NCBI GenBank assembly: GCA_038820405.1
Contig: JAWAXL010000003.1
Location: forward strand, 1 to 53,091
Reading direction: 5' to 3'
DNA length: 53,091 bases
From: Candidatus Bathyarchaeia archaeon
Lineage (GTDB): Archaea; Thermoproteota; Bathyarchaeia; Bathyarchaeales; DTEX01
In this document: positions 10,363 through 20,638 of the stretch, piece after piece
Layout: every line of letters starts with the position of its first letter
Position numbering within the stretch: position 1 is the first letter of the stretch
Program-made: the position numbers and the translations under genes
Notes under the pieces: model-generated
The model's database searches: none
What the model saw: only the letters and a program-made list of their open reading frames with translations
Told to the model about the DNA's origin: nothing

Positions 10363-11292
10363 CTACTCAAACAGGATGGTATTTAAATAGCGCTCACCAC
10401 CGTCTGGAAGAATAGTGACTATGAGTTTTCCCTCATTCTCTGATCTCTTAGCAACCTCTAAGGTGGCAAAGACATTCGCTCCAGAGGATATCCCAACAAG
10501 TAAACCCTCCTTCCTTGCAAGTAGGCGGGCCGTTTTAATAGCATCCTCATCTCTCACCCTAACAATTTCATCTGTTAGGTCTATCCTGAGAACAGATGGT
10601 ATGAAGCCAGGTCCTATTCCCTGAATTAAATGTGGGCCTGGTTTACCACCACTTAAAACCGGGGAACTATAAGGTTCCACAGCAATAACTTTAAACCCCG
10701 GCTTAAGCGGCTTTATATACTCCGCAACACCAGTTAATGTTCCACCAGTTCCCACTCCAGCAACAAATATATCCACTTTTCCATCGGTATCTCTCCAGAT
10801 TTCTGGGCCAGTCGTCTCCCTATGTGCCTTCGGGTTTGCTGGGTTATTAAACTGGTTCAGGATGAAGGAGTGTGGGATCTTAGATGCTAATTCATTAGTC
10901 TTTCTAATCGCTCCCCCCATACCTTCCTTAGCTGGAGTTAGGACGACCTCAGCGCCATAAGCCTTAATAATTTTGCGCTTCTCAACACTAACGTCTTCGG
11001 GCATGACAACAATAAGTCTGTAGCCTTTAACTGCAGCGACCATCGCTAAAGCTATGCCAGTGTTGCCGCTGGTTGGTTCTATTATTACCGTGTTCTTATT
11101 AATTAGGCCAAGCCTCTCAGCCTCCTCGATCATGCTAAGACCAATCCTATCCTTAACGCTCCCAGCTGGGTTAAGAAAGTCTAACTTCACGAGAATAGTG
11201 CACTTTAGGCCCTCGGTCACCTTATTTAGTCTAACTAATGGTGTGTTACCTATCGTATCAAGAATGGAATTATAAATCCTAGCCACGCACAT
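10363..11292 (-). CDS. cysK: Cysteine synthase A
   Basis: NPAGSVKDR (PLP Lys), [27 protein letters not shown]. Confidence 0.95.
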   Translation of the reverse strand: MCVARIYNSILDTIGNTPLVRLNKVTEGLKCTILVKLDFLNPAGSVKDRIGLSMIEEAERLGLINKNTVIIEPTSGNTGIALAMVAAVKGYRLIVVMPEDVSVEKRKIIKAYGAEVVLTPAKEGMGGAIRKTNELASKIPHSFILNQFNNPANPKAHRETTGPEIWRDTDGKVDIFVAGVGTGGTLTGVAEYIKPLKPGFKVIAVEPYSSPVLSGGKPGPHLIQGIGPGFIPSVLRIDLTDEIVRVRDEDAIKTARLLARKEGLLVGISSGANVFATLEVAKRSENEGKLIVTILPDGGERYLNTILFE

Positions 11293-11616
11293 TACCCTCG
11301 GAAACTCTACATAAAGAAAGTAAGCGCATAAGGTACCTTAAATTCTTTAAATTCAGAGACAGCTTTAGGTTCAAGGATAGCTCACAAAATTATCTTTCAG
11401 ATACGTGATTTAATAAGGACTAAGAATAGGTGTAAAGATGTTAGCAAATGATTTGATTCTAAATACATCGCTTAAGCGCCATGTCTTTGGGTTAAGTGAG
11501 ACATTATGGCCAGCATCAGTAGGCAAAGGCTAGGCAATACATTATAATCCTGTTCCATCATATCCGTGAGACATCAGTAAGTTATTTAAGCCATGCTTTA
11601 CAGACAATATTAGTGA

Positions 11617-12453
11617 GTGAGATGTATGAGAATACCTATTGGCGTTGTTTTACAGGGAAAGTGGCTTACACCAAGCTGGGAGGAGATTAAGGAGAGGGCT
11701 TTGAAAGCTGAGCAGTTAGGTTTTCACTCCGTTTGGGTCTCTGATCATCTTATCCATCCTTTTCCAGTGCCCAGAAAAGAATTTTATTGTCATGAGTCTT
11801 GCACAGTAATGTCCGCACTAGCAGTATTAACAGAGCACGTCAAGCTGGGCTTTCATGTTTTGGTCCCAACGTTTAGGGGCCCAGCAATGACAGCAAAGAT
11901 GGCTGCAACGCTCGACATTATATCTAATGGGAGACTTATAATGAGTCTTGGCGCAGGCTGGTTCAAGAAAGAATATGATGCTTTTAGTATTCCTTGGGAA
12001 GAACATGATGACCGAATTGATAGATTAGGAGAAGCCATTCTAATCATGAAGGCCCTTTGGACACAGGAGACTGTTACCTTCCATGGAAAATATTATCGCA
12101 TTAATGAAGCCGTTATGCTGCCGAAGCCCCTACAAAAGCCTCATCCCCCCATATGGGTCGGCGGCAACTCTACCAAGAGCATGGAGCTCTCAGCCAGATT
12201 AGCCGATGGTTGGTATAGCCTACCAATTGCTCCGGAGAAAGCTAAGGAGAGCATAGATTTCATAAAGAAGATTAGTGGAGGCAGAAAAATGGATTTTGCG
12301 GTAACATTAGATGAGCTTCCATTTGATAAGCCAGATCAAATAATTGACACTATTTTTAGGTATGCTAATGTTGGCGTCACATATATAACGATAACCTTTC
12401 CGAGAGTTGAAGAGATGAAGCGCTTTGCGGATAGCGTACTTTCAACCATTTAG
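11617..12453 (+). CDS. Luciferase-like (LLM) flavin/F420-dependent oxidoreductase
   Basis: AEQLGFHSVWVSDH, AKMAATLDIISNGR, PKPLQKPHPPIWVGG. Confidence 0.88.
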   Translation: MRCMRIPIGVVLQGKWLTPSWEEIKERALKAEQLGFHSVWVSDHLIHPFPVPRKEFYCHESCTVMSALAVLTEHVKLGFHVLVPTFRGPAMTAKMAATLDIISNGRLIMSLGAGWFKKEYDAFSIPWEEHDDRIDRLGEAILIMKALWTQETVTFHGKYYRINEAVMLPKPLQKPHPPIWVGGNSTKSMELSARLADGWYSLPIAPEKAKESIDFIKKISGGRKMDFAVTLDELPFDKPDQIIDTIFRYANVGVTYITITFPRVEEMKRFADSVLSTI

Positions 12454-12628
12454 GTAGGGCTCGGATGGAAAACAATTCCTTCTCTCTAATTTTAGGCAGC
12501 TAATTCTTGGGTTTGCAGACAAAGTAGAATTGGGTCTTTGATGAATCTATTCCCATGACATGATAGGGTCATTAGAGGGATGAAGATCCTTTGGCTATCA
12601 TCCTGAACTTTTTATAATAGCTTAAAAA

Positions 12629-13129
12629 TCAGAGTTCTCTAAGACGTAAACTTTTTGCTTTTTCTGAGGTTTCTTGATACCAGGTTGGAAGCCTTATTTT
12701 ATCTATTTTTCTCAATGGTGTATAAGGTTTTATGTCAAGTACGGGCGTCCCCTCAAAGAGATCCAAGTTTCTGACTTTAAGGAATTTTCCCTCTTTCTCA
12801 AGCAACTCTACAATCGTTAGTGCTAGTGGGTTTGGTCTGTGGGGCGAGTCAGTACAGAAAACGCCGACTTCCGGCAGCCTATTAACGTCTAATCCAAGAA
12901 GTCTTAGGCGTCTAGGTCTAACTTTGAGAACCTTACGCTCCTCCTCAGAGACCTTATGTAGATATGCTATAATTATAAGATGAGAGAATCCATCTATACC
13001 TTTCAGACCAGGGACATATTCATCATAAACCTCTATTACACCCTCGACCCCCTCAACCCATCTATCTTTAACTTCCTCATCACTTAGATTAACATGCACA
13101 ACGCCTATTGGCTTGACATAGAAACACAT
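12629..13129 (-). CDS. TrmO/TsaA-family tRNA methyltransferase; start re-picked to ATG 13129
   Basis: KPIGVVH, GIDGFSHL, GVFCTDSPHRPNPLAL, GTPVLDIKPY. Confidence 0.85.
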   Translation of the reverse strand: MCFYVKPIGVVHVNLSDEEVKDRWVEGVEGVIEVYDEYVPGLKGIDGFSHLIIIAYLHKVSEEERKVLKVRPRRLRLLGLDVNRLPEVGVFCTDSPHRPNPLALTIVELLEKEGKFLKVRNLDLFEGTPVLDIKPYTPLRKIDKIRLPTWYQETSEKAKSLRLREL

Positions 13130-13341
13130 TCCCAGCACCAGAAAATAAAAAGAAAATAACAATGTATTAAAGGTTTCACTAATCCTAAATTCATGGTACT
13201 CAAAAGTTCTCATTAAGCATGAATTCCTTAAGATTCTCTGGAGATACGGCAACTTCTAATAATAAATGCGAGATATTTTATAAGATCCAAAGAGAAAATT
13301 TAAAATTTTAAGAGTCTAAAATTATTGTGCGGTGATTATTT

Positions 13342-14244
13342 TTGAGGGCTATTGTTACTGGTGGGTGTGGATTCATTGGAAGTAATCTCGTTGAGCGGTT
13401 AGTTAATGATGGATGGGACGTCAAAGTGTTTGACAATTTGTCAACTGGAAGTCTGGAGAACATCAAGGGCTTAGATGTCGAATACTATGCTTATGGATAT
13501 GAGCATATGGAAGGACTCGTTCCCTACGCCGACGTCATATTCCACTTAGGCATGCCATCTTCATCGCCAATGTATAAAAGTGATCCATTTTTAGTTGGAA
13601 AGACTATCAATGATGCTATAATAATATTCGAGTATGCTAGAAAGAAAAAGTGCAAAGTTGTTTATGCAAGCACAAGCAGCATTTATAATGGTAACCCACT
13701 CCCATATAGAGAGGGTATGCCAATATATATAACAGATTATTACACAGAATGCCGCTACGCAATTGAGAGGCTAGCAAAGCTTTACAATGACCTCTATGGA
13801 GTTAAGTCCGTTGGCCTAAGATTGTTTAGCGTCTATGGACCTAAAGAGAAATATAAGGGCAAATATGCGAACATAGTCTCACAGTTTTTGTGGTCCATCA
13901 TGAGGGATGAACCACCAATAATATATGGTGATGGATCTCAGACAAGAGACTTTATATATGTGAGTGATGTCGCGAACGCATTTATATTAGCGTATGAGAA
14001 GGATTTTGAATGTGAGATCTTCAATATCGGGACGGGTGTAGCGCATACCTTTAACCGCGTTGTCGAAATTATTAATGAGCTGCTCGGCAAGGATATTAAG
14101 CCAATATATAAGCCTAACCCCATTAAAAACTATGTATATCATACGCTGGCGGACACAACAAAAACCGAGAAGATGCTGGGTTTTAAGGCTAGTGCATCGC
14201 TTAAGGATGGCATAAAAACCCTAATTTCTATGGAAACTAGGTAG
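13342..14244 (+). CDS. NAD-dependent epimerase/dehydratase
   Basis: TGGCGFIGS, YASTSS, RLFSVYGP, GDGSQTRDFIYV. Confidence 0.9.
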   Translation: MRAIVTGGCGFIGSNLVERLVNDGWDVKVFDNLSTGSLENIKGLDVEYYAYGYEHMEGLVPYADVIFHLGMPSSSPMYKSDPFLVGKTINDAIIIFEYARKKKCKVVYASTSSIYNGNPLPYREGMPIYITDYYTECRYAIERLAKLYNDLYGVKSVGLRLFSVYGPKEKYKGKYANIVSQFLWSIMRDEPPIIYGDGSQTRDFIYVSDVANAFILAYEKDFECEIFNIGTGVAHTFNRVVEIINELLGKDIKPIYKPNPIKNYVYHTLADTTKTEKMLGFKASASLKDGIKTLISMETR

Positions 14245-14442
14245 GCAAGGATTTCCACAAGATCTTCATTACCATGAAGAGTAAAACTAGGCGACTTTTA
14301 ATGTAGGACAGACAAAGAACTTTCCTTTATAAAGCCTTAGAAAAACTATAGTGCATTATCTACAGAGAGTTTAAAACTTCTAATCATGTATAAATAAAAG
14401 AGTAATAAAAATATAACTTAAAATTAATGGAAGTGTTGTAGC

Positions 14443-14991
14443 CTGATTAGAGATAAGCTCTTCACCCTCTTTGGCATTATTGGGCCGCTGATAGCATATA
14501 TTTGTATAGTGCTATCGATAAATCTCTTACAATCTTTCAGCTGGTACACCAGCGCATTAAGCGATCTTGGACACGCCCAGAATAGTAATGTTGCACCAAT
14601 ATTTAACTTAGGTCTATTAGTATCTGGTTTCTTAGTTGCCCTATATTCAGCTAAATCCCTGATAAATTATGCCAAATACATAAGCATCTCACTTTTATTT
14701 TCAGCTCTAATGCTGCAAGCAGTTACGACATTCAACGAAATTTATGGCCGAATCCATTTAATAGTATCGATACTGTTCTTTATCTCAGCTGGAGCTACGT
14801 GTATAATCTATTCCGTGGAGAGAAGGTTTATTTTGGCTGCGCTGTCCTTTTTAGCAGGATTATTAGCATGGATGCTCTGGTGGATGGATATATAAGATTG
14901 GGGTTGCGGTTCCCGAGATAATATCAGCCTAGCAATTACGATGTGCATTGTTCATTCAGCAATAAAAATAATGCTCCAATATAGTGTCTAA
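14443..14991 (+). pseudogene. DUF998-like membrane protein with two frameshifts
   Basis: FSWYTSALSDLG motif; premature TAA 14893-14895; C-terminal GVAVPEIIS lies in another frame and the sequence returns to the original frame at ~14929. Confidence 0.7.
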
Positions 14992-15004
14992 ATAGGGGAA
15001 CATA

Positions 15005-15916
15005 ATGCCATCAAACTACGGTCAATTGCTATCCAAGTTTATTGGATGTATGCTAGGCTGCGCCGTCGGCGATGTCTTAGGCCTAGGATATTATTTAGGC
15101 TCTTATAATGGGACATGGAGTGATGATACACATATGATGATAGGTGTTGCCGAATCCCTCATCGCCAATAGGGGATTTAATGGGGAACACATGGCCTGGA
15201 CATTCATAAAAAATTACGAAAAAGAACCTTGGAGAGGTTATGCAATTGGTCCGCCAATGGTTTTCGGGCTAATAAAATCTGGCGTTCCATGGAAAGAAGC
15301 TGCTAAAAAACTTTTCGGTGGTGCTGGCTCATTTGGGAACGGAGCCGCCATGAGAGTTGCTCCTGTAGGTCTCCTCTACTTTGACGATCCAAAAATGTTG
15401 AGAGAAGTTGCGCGTAATCAGAGTATAATAACTCATGCGCATGAGCTTGGAATTGAGGGCGCTATTATACAGGCATATGCAGTTTCCTTAGCGGTAAAGG
15501 CTGACAAAACTAAGGGAATTAATCCACGTGATTTCCTTGATAATCTTATAAGTCTCACGGAGAATAATGTTTATAGGCTTAAGCTCAAAATGGTTCTTCT
15601 CCTCCTAGAAGAGGAGAACAAACTTATTGTTGTTAAAGGGCTCGGTAATAGCGTTGAAGCCTTTAACTCCGTCCCAACGGCAATATACTGTTTTCTGCGC
15701 AATCTCAATAGCTTTAGGGGCGCTCTGGAATATGCTGTGAGCTTAGGCGGCGATGCTGATACTATTGGAGCGATGACGGGAGCTATAAGCGGCGCATATC
15801 ATGGTGCAGAAGCAATACCATCCAAGTGGCTCAGGGAGCTGGAGAGGAGAGAATATATTGAGAATCTAGCAAAGCAGATCTGGAAGATGAAAATTAGGCA
15901 TATGAAAAAGAATTGA
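15005..15916 (+). CDS. ADP-ribosylglycohydrolase (DraG/ARH family)
   Basis: AVGDVLG, SDDT, GNGAAMR, THAH, GGDADTIGAMTG. Confidence 0.92.
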   Translation: MPSNYGQLLSKFIGCMLGCAVGDVLGLGYYLGSYNGTWSDDTHMMIGVAESLIANRGFNGEHMAWTFIKNYEKEPWRGYAIGPPMVFGLIKSGVPWKEAAKKLFGGAGSFGNGAAMRVAPVGLLYFDDPKMLREVARNQSIITHAHELGIEGAIIQAYAVSLAVKADKTKGINPRDFLDNLISLTENNVYRLKLKMVLLLLEEENKLIVVKGLGNSVEAFNSVPTAIYCFLRNLNSFRGALEYAVSLGGDADTIGAMTGAISGAYHGAEAIPSKWLRELERREYIENLAKQIWKMKIRHMKKN

Positions 15917-16064
15917 GAGTGAAAACATTAATAATAACTATTATTTCACTCTTACTTTATTAACCTCTCTCAACGTAACAGTACTGGGATTAAGGATAAT
16001 TGATGTCTCAAGAAGAAAGGAAACAAATATTTTTAAGATTAAGGATATAATTGCTGGGCGCTCC

Positions 16065-17087
16065 ATGGATTCGTTCCTCCTCGATGGAAATACACTATTA
16101 ACTGATGAGGACTTCATCTTCAACGTATTCGGCTATGAGCACCCGAAGGACCGTGTCTTCTCCTTCCTCAAATATTTTCCCTTGAAGCTCAAAGATCTAT
16201 TTAATATAAGTGTGTTGGAAAGAAAATGGATATATTTTGGGGTTGAGTTACTTCGTGCTGAGAAACTCTATACTGCTGACAACTACAAAAGCCTTATAGA
16301 AACCTTTAAGAAGAATTTCCCTAACTATGTCTACTTTTGCCTATTTAGAGGTAAAGAGGTTATTAGCGTTCCGCTCAGACATATTAAGAAGATCTTCGTC
16401 CCAAGGTATTGTCTACAGACTCTTATTAGGAAGTCGGAGAGGGATAGACTCCAGGAGATGGCTGTGGAAATTATCATGACTATTTCAAGTGCCTCTAAGG
16501 TTCCAATAGAGGAGTTTGGTCTGCATGGATCCATAGCCCTAGACATGCATGGCGATGAGTCCGATATAGATATCGTCGTCTACGGTGGGGATAACTTTAG
16601 GAAGGTTGAAGCCGCTATAGGCAGGCTGGTCAAGGAAGAATTATTTAGCTATGTATCGAAGAATAGGTTGGATAATGTGAGAAAATATAGAGTTAGATAT
16701 AAGAATAGAATATTCATGTACACGGCTGTTCGAAGACCTGAAGAGATAAATGTCAGGTATGGTCAATACTATTATACTCCTATAAAGCCAGTCAAATTCA
16801 TGTGTAGGGTTAGGGACGATAGTGAGACAATGTTCCGCCCAGCAATATATGAGGTAGAGGGTTACTCTCCACTGGGCATGGATTCCGATCTTCCCAGCGA
16901 GATTGTTCCGAGAAGGGTTGTCTCGATGGTCGGATGCTATAGGAATGTTGCTAGAAGGGGCGATATGATCAAGGTTTCCGGAATACTTGAGCGGGTTAAA
17001 GATTCCTCAAGTGGCAGGGTTTTTCATCAGGTTGTCGTTGGGACGGCTGAAGGTGGGGACGAGTATATTTGGCCATATAAGACTTAG
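16065..17087 (+). CDS. Predicted Pol-beta-superfamily nucleotidyltransferase (COG1665-like), copy 1
   Basis: VFGYEHP, GLHGS...SDIDIVVYG, C-terminal VSGILERV region. Confidence 0.8.
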   Translation: MDSFLLDGNTLLTDEDFIFNVFGYEHPKDRVFSFLKYFPLKLKDLFNISVLERKWIYFGVELLRAEKLYTADNYKSLIETFKKNFPNYVYFCLFRGKEVISVPLRHIKKIFVPRYCLQTLIRKSERDRLQEMAVEIIMTISSASKVPIEEFGLHGSIALDMHGDESDIDIVVYGGDNFRKVEAAIGRLVKEELFSYVSKNRLDNVRKYRVRYKNRIFMYTAVRRPEEINVRYGQYYYTPIKPVKFMCRVRDDSETMFRPAIYEVEGYSPLGMDSDLPSEIVPRRVVSMVGCYRNVARRGDMIKVSGILERVKDSSSGRVFHQVVVGTAEGGDEYIWPYKT

Positions 17088-18138
17088 GGATAGAGACGCA
17101 ATTATTACACCGGAAGGTCTTATATTTAGGGTTCTAGGCTACACGCACCCACCAGATGGTTACATATGTGATATTGAGTACGCTCCATCGGAGATCTACC
17201 AATCAAGTAACACAAAAGCGTACAGAAGCGATGGAAAAAGGGTCTTCTATAAATTTTATGGTGATGAGGGATGGAAGTTCTTACTAGAGAAGTATCCTAA
17301 ATATATGCTGGACCAGAGGTTTCTGGGAAGAAAGGTTATTGGAGTAAAACATGAGGACATTAAGGAGATTAGGAGACCAGAGGATAAACTTAGACAACTT
17401 ATTGGATCAAGTCTGACTGATGAGTTAATCCGCGCCCTTCAAAGCCTTCTAATAATATTTGAGGATCAGGGGCTTCCGCTAGAAAATTTCGGCATCTTCG
17501 GCTCACTTCTCCATGGCTTCCATAACCCAAAATTCTCTGACCTCGACATTATCATTTATGGCAGAAAGCATTTAGAAGAGATCCGTGACGTATTAAACGA
17601 ATTATATAATCAAGGGAGATATCCCTTGAAAAACGAGTTTGCCGATGATAGCCCAATTAGTGGTAAAGTCTGGCATTTTAGAAATATAAACCCGATGGAG
17701 TTTCTTTTGCATCAAAGACGGAAGCTAATATATGCTGTCTTCCATGACAAATCCTCTGGGTGGAGGATAAAGGCGGAGTTTGAACCAGTTAAGGCATGGC
17801 AAGAAATATCTAACGAATATCAAGAGATCATTAGTACAAGTCGAGTAGGCTGGATAAAGGCCATCCTTAAAGTTATCAATGATGAGGATGGCCCATTTAT
17901 GCCCTCAATATATTATGTTGAGCCAGTTGAGATCCTTGAGGGACCAAGATGCGATGATATTCTCAAAGTTATTTCCTATGTTGAGGAATTTAGGATGCAA
18001 TGTTTTAGGGATGAAATTGTCTACGCTGAGGGGAACCTAGAAAGAGTGAATACAAAAAAGGGTAAATTCCACCAAATAACGCTAACCTATGGGCCGCGCT
18101 ATTATGAACAGACCCTTAAAGTTATTGCATCAATATAA
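16987..18138 (+). CDS. Predicted nucleotidyltransferase (COG1665-like), copy 2; true start probably near 17065-17077
   Basis: RLRDRDAIITPEGLIFRVLGYTHP, GIFGS...SDLDIIIYG, AEGNLERV. Confidence 0.8.
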   Translation: MSGLKIPQVAGFFIRLSLGRLKVGTSIFGHIRLRDRDAIITPEGLIFRVLGYTHPPDGYICDIEYAPSEIYQSSNTKAYRSDGKRVFYKFYGDEGWKFLLEKYPKYMLDQRFLGRKVIGVKHEDIKEIRRPEDKLRQLIGSSLTDELIRALQSLLIIFEDQGLPLENFGIFGSLLHGFHNPKFSDLDIIIYGRKHLEEIRDVLNELYNQGRYPLKNEFADDSPISGKVWHFRNINPMEFLLHQRRKLIYAVFHDKSSGWRIKAEFEPVKAWQEISNEYQEIISTSRVGWIKAILKVINDEDGPFMPSIYYVEPVEILEGPRCDDILKVISYVEEFRMQCFRDEIVYAEGNLERVNTKKGKFHQITLTYGPRYYEQTLKVIASI

Positions 18139-18558
18139 TTTTTGGTGGACATAAATCGATGGAGAGCCTTCAAAATCGATATACATGATTAAAAGTTAAT
18201 TCCATTATTTTCAGAAATTTGGGAAGTGAAAATATCATAAGCGCTTGGATAATGAGCACGCTGGTTTTTAGGGGGATTAGGTAAAGAGTGACTAACAATA
18301 TGCTGCAATTAGCAGCGATCTCTTATAATAGGTATTAAAATGCCTCTTTTACAGGGCTGATATGCGGCAGCATTTAAAATAACTTAGTTGTAGCAAGCGT
18401 CTACATGACACGAAATGTCTCAATGAATATGCAAGATGCAAGTTATCTATGACGGCTATTTTAGTCTCTTCGGGGTCATGAGAAGAGTATTTTGGAAAAT
18501 CATAAATAATAATTTTTATCAAAAATAACATTAAAACCGTTAGTAGGGAGTTAAAATA

Positions 18559-19401
18559 ATGTACACTATCATTATGAAAGAGCATAAGTTTGATGAGCTT
18601 CCGCCTCCCCCACCTCCACCGCCACCACCCGTAACCAAAGTTTCTAGGAAAAGACTGTATATTGTTATAGGGTTAGTCATAATTGTTATAGCTGCTATTA
18701 CCGTAATTATGACAACTGGCTTCCCCTTAGGTGGTGGGGAGACGATTCCTCTAATACTCAATTATGAGGAGGGAGAGAAAGCAACTTATGGGCTGACTCT
18801 GACGATAAGTGTATTAGGGCAGCAGATCAGTCAGACTACAAGAATATCCATGGAGGTGTTAGATTTCGATGGAGAGAATTATATAATTCACTATCAAATT
18901 GTTCCAGAGACTGATGGTTATCCTACGTACTTTACTATTAAAATAAATAAACATGGAAATATAGTTGGAGAACTTCCTCCAGAAATTCAGCAACTTTATA
19001 GTTTAATGGCAAATACTCCCAGTATTCCTGGGTTTGGAGGGGGATTTCCGAAAGCAGAGGCAAGAATTGGAGAGCAAATTAGTACACAATTTACCTTAGA
19101 TATATCAGGCGCACATATAACTGGGACAGTAAACATTAGGTTTAGTGAACTCACAACAAAAACATTCGCCAATATTGGCGAACTTAAAGTTTTTAAGATT
19201 GATTTCTCAATACCTGACCTCCAAGTCACATCTCAAGGTACTACAGTAACGGGAACAGTAAACGGATACGGATACTATGAGCATGGTACATGTCTGCTTG
19301 TGGAATATTCTACTCAATTCTCCTTGAGCATTTCACAATATGGGCAGACATATTCGGCAAACGTTGTTTTACAGATTAATTTAATAGAGCATAGCGAATA
19401 A
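18559..19401 (+). CDS. Hypothetical single-TM surface protein with N-terminal poly-proline
   Basis: Ten consecutive Pro, then a hydrophobic helix and a Thr/Ser/Gly-rich, probably beta-rich region. Confidence 0.75.
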   Translation: MYTIIMKEHKFDELPPPPPPPPPPVTKVSRKRLYIVIGLVIIVIAAITVIMTTGFPLGGGETIPLILNYEEGEKATYGLTLTISVLGQQISQTTRISMEVLDFDGENYIIHYQIVPETDGYPTYFTIKINKHGNIVGELPPEIQQLYSLMANTPSIPGFGGGFPKAEARIGEQISTQFTLDISGAHITGTVNIRFSELTTKTFANIGELKVFKIDFSIPDLQVTSQGTTVTGTVNGYGYYEHGTCLLVEYSTQFSLSISQYGQTYSANVVLQINLIEHSE

Positions 19402-19642
19402 TAACTTGGCTAACAAATCTCTCCATTCACTAGCTTAAAAAGGGGAAGGAATAAATTTATATGGAGAAGACGTTTACATCCTTAGCTGTGGTGTGAAGGT
19501 TGTTGGGTGGGCGTCTTCACATCAATTAATAATACCCTTATTTCTTTTACTTCTGGAAGACGCTATGCTATTTTTACTTGTATTTTGATGCATAGCCAGT
19601 TGATGAATAAATTAGTAAGAAAGCATTTATGGTGATCCAATT

Positions 19643-20635
19643 ATGGGTAAAATTAGTTTTACTATCCCTAAGGGGCATCTCGCTGAGGGAGCGTTTAAGC
19701 TATTAGAGCGAGCTGGCTACACTATTTCTGGAGCCGAGCGCTCCTATAGACCGTCAATAAATGACCCGAAGATTGAACTAAAGATCCTTAGGCCTCAGGA
19801 GATACCAGTATACGTTGCTGATGGATTACATGACATAGGTATAACTGGTATAGACTGGATAAGGGAAACGCGTGCCGATGTTGAGATTTTATTAAACCTT
19901 GAGTATGGTAGGGTTAAGCTCGTATTGGCTGTTCCAAAATCATGGACTGATGTAAATGATCTCTCAAGTCTACTTGAGAAGTTTAATAGGGAAGGTAGGG
20001 TTCTAAGAATATCAACTGAATATCTCAATGTTTCTGCAGATTATTTAATGAATAATCCGACATATAAGAGACTTTATGGTAATAAAGAGCCAATAATGGT
20101 TACGCCATGGTGGAGGAAGGGTGATAACGACAAGGTTATACTATACCTTTCCTTTGGTGCAACTGAAGCTAAACCTCCAGAGGAGGCTGATGCAACAATT
20201 GATGTGATGGAGACTGGCGAGTCGCTTGAGCGGAATAATCTGAAGCCCATTGGGGTTATAATGGAGTCCTCAGCACTACTTATAGCAAACAAGAACTCCC
20301 TCAAAGATCCAATAAAGCGCGAAAAAATATATGACGTTCTGACACTCCTTAAGGGGGTTATTGATGGTAGGAAAAAGCTGCACATATTTGTTAACGTGCG
20401 CAAGGAGAATCTTCCAGCACTCCTCGAGAAGCTCCCTGCCCTCAGAAAACCCACGATAGCACCCTTAGCGGATGAGAACTGGTATTCTGTGAATACCGTG
20501 ATAGACAAGGATCAATTTCTAGAACTCCTTCCAATATTGAGGAGACTTGCCCAGGGATTAGTTGTTTATGAGCCTAGGCAAGTTCTTCCATTAGAGGAGA
20601 TTTCCGCAAGTGGAAAGACAAATGGAGAGATCTGA
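19643..20635 (+). CDS. hisG: ATP phosphoribosyltransferase, long form
   Basis: PKGHL, RPQEIP, DIGITGID, SFGATEAKPP, C-terminal regulatory domain. Confidence 0.95.
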   Translation: MGKISFTIPKGHLAEGAFKLLERAGYTISGAERSYRPSINDPKIELKILRPQEIPVYVADGLHDIGITGIDWIRETRADVEILLNLEYGRVKLVLAVPKSWTDVNDLSSLLEKFNREGRVLRISTEYLNVSADYLMNNPTYKRLYGNKEPIMVTPWWRKGDNDKVILYLSFGATEAKPPEEADATIDVMETGESLERNNLKPIGVIMESSALLIANKNSLKDPIKREKIYDVLTLLKGVIDGRKKLHIFVNVRKENLPALLEKLPALRKPTIAPLADENWYSVNTVIDKDQFLELLPILRRLAQGLVVYEPRQVLPLEEISASGKTNGEI

Positions 20636-20638
20636 GAC

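Noticed and set aside
18540-18761. Poly-Gly ORF
   Set aside because: It is simply the reverse complement of the poly-Pro tract.
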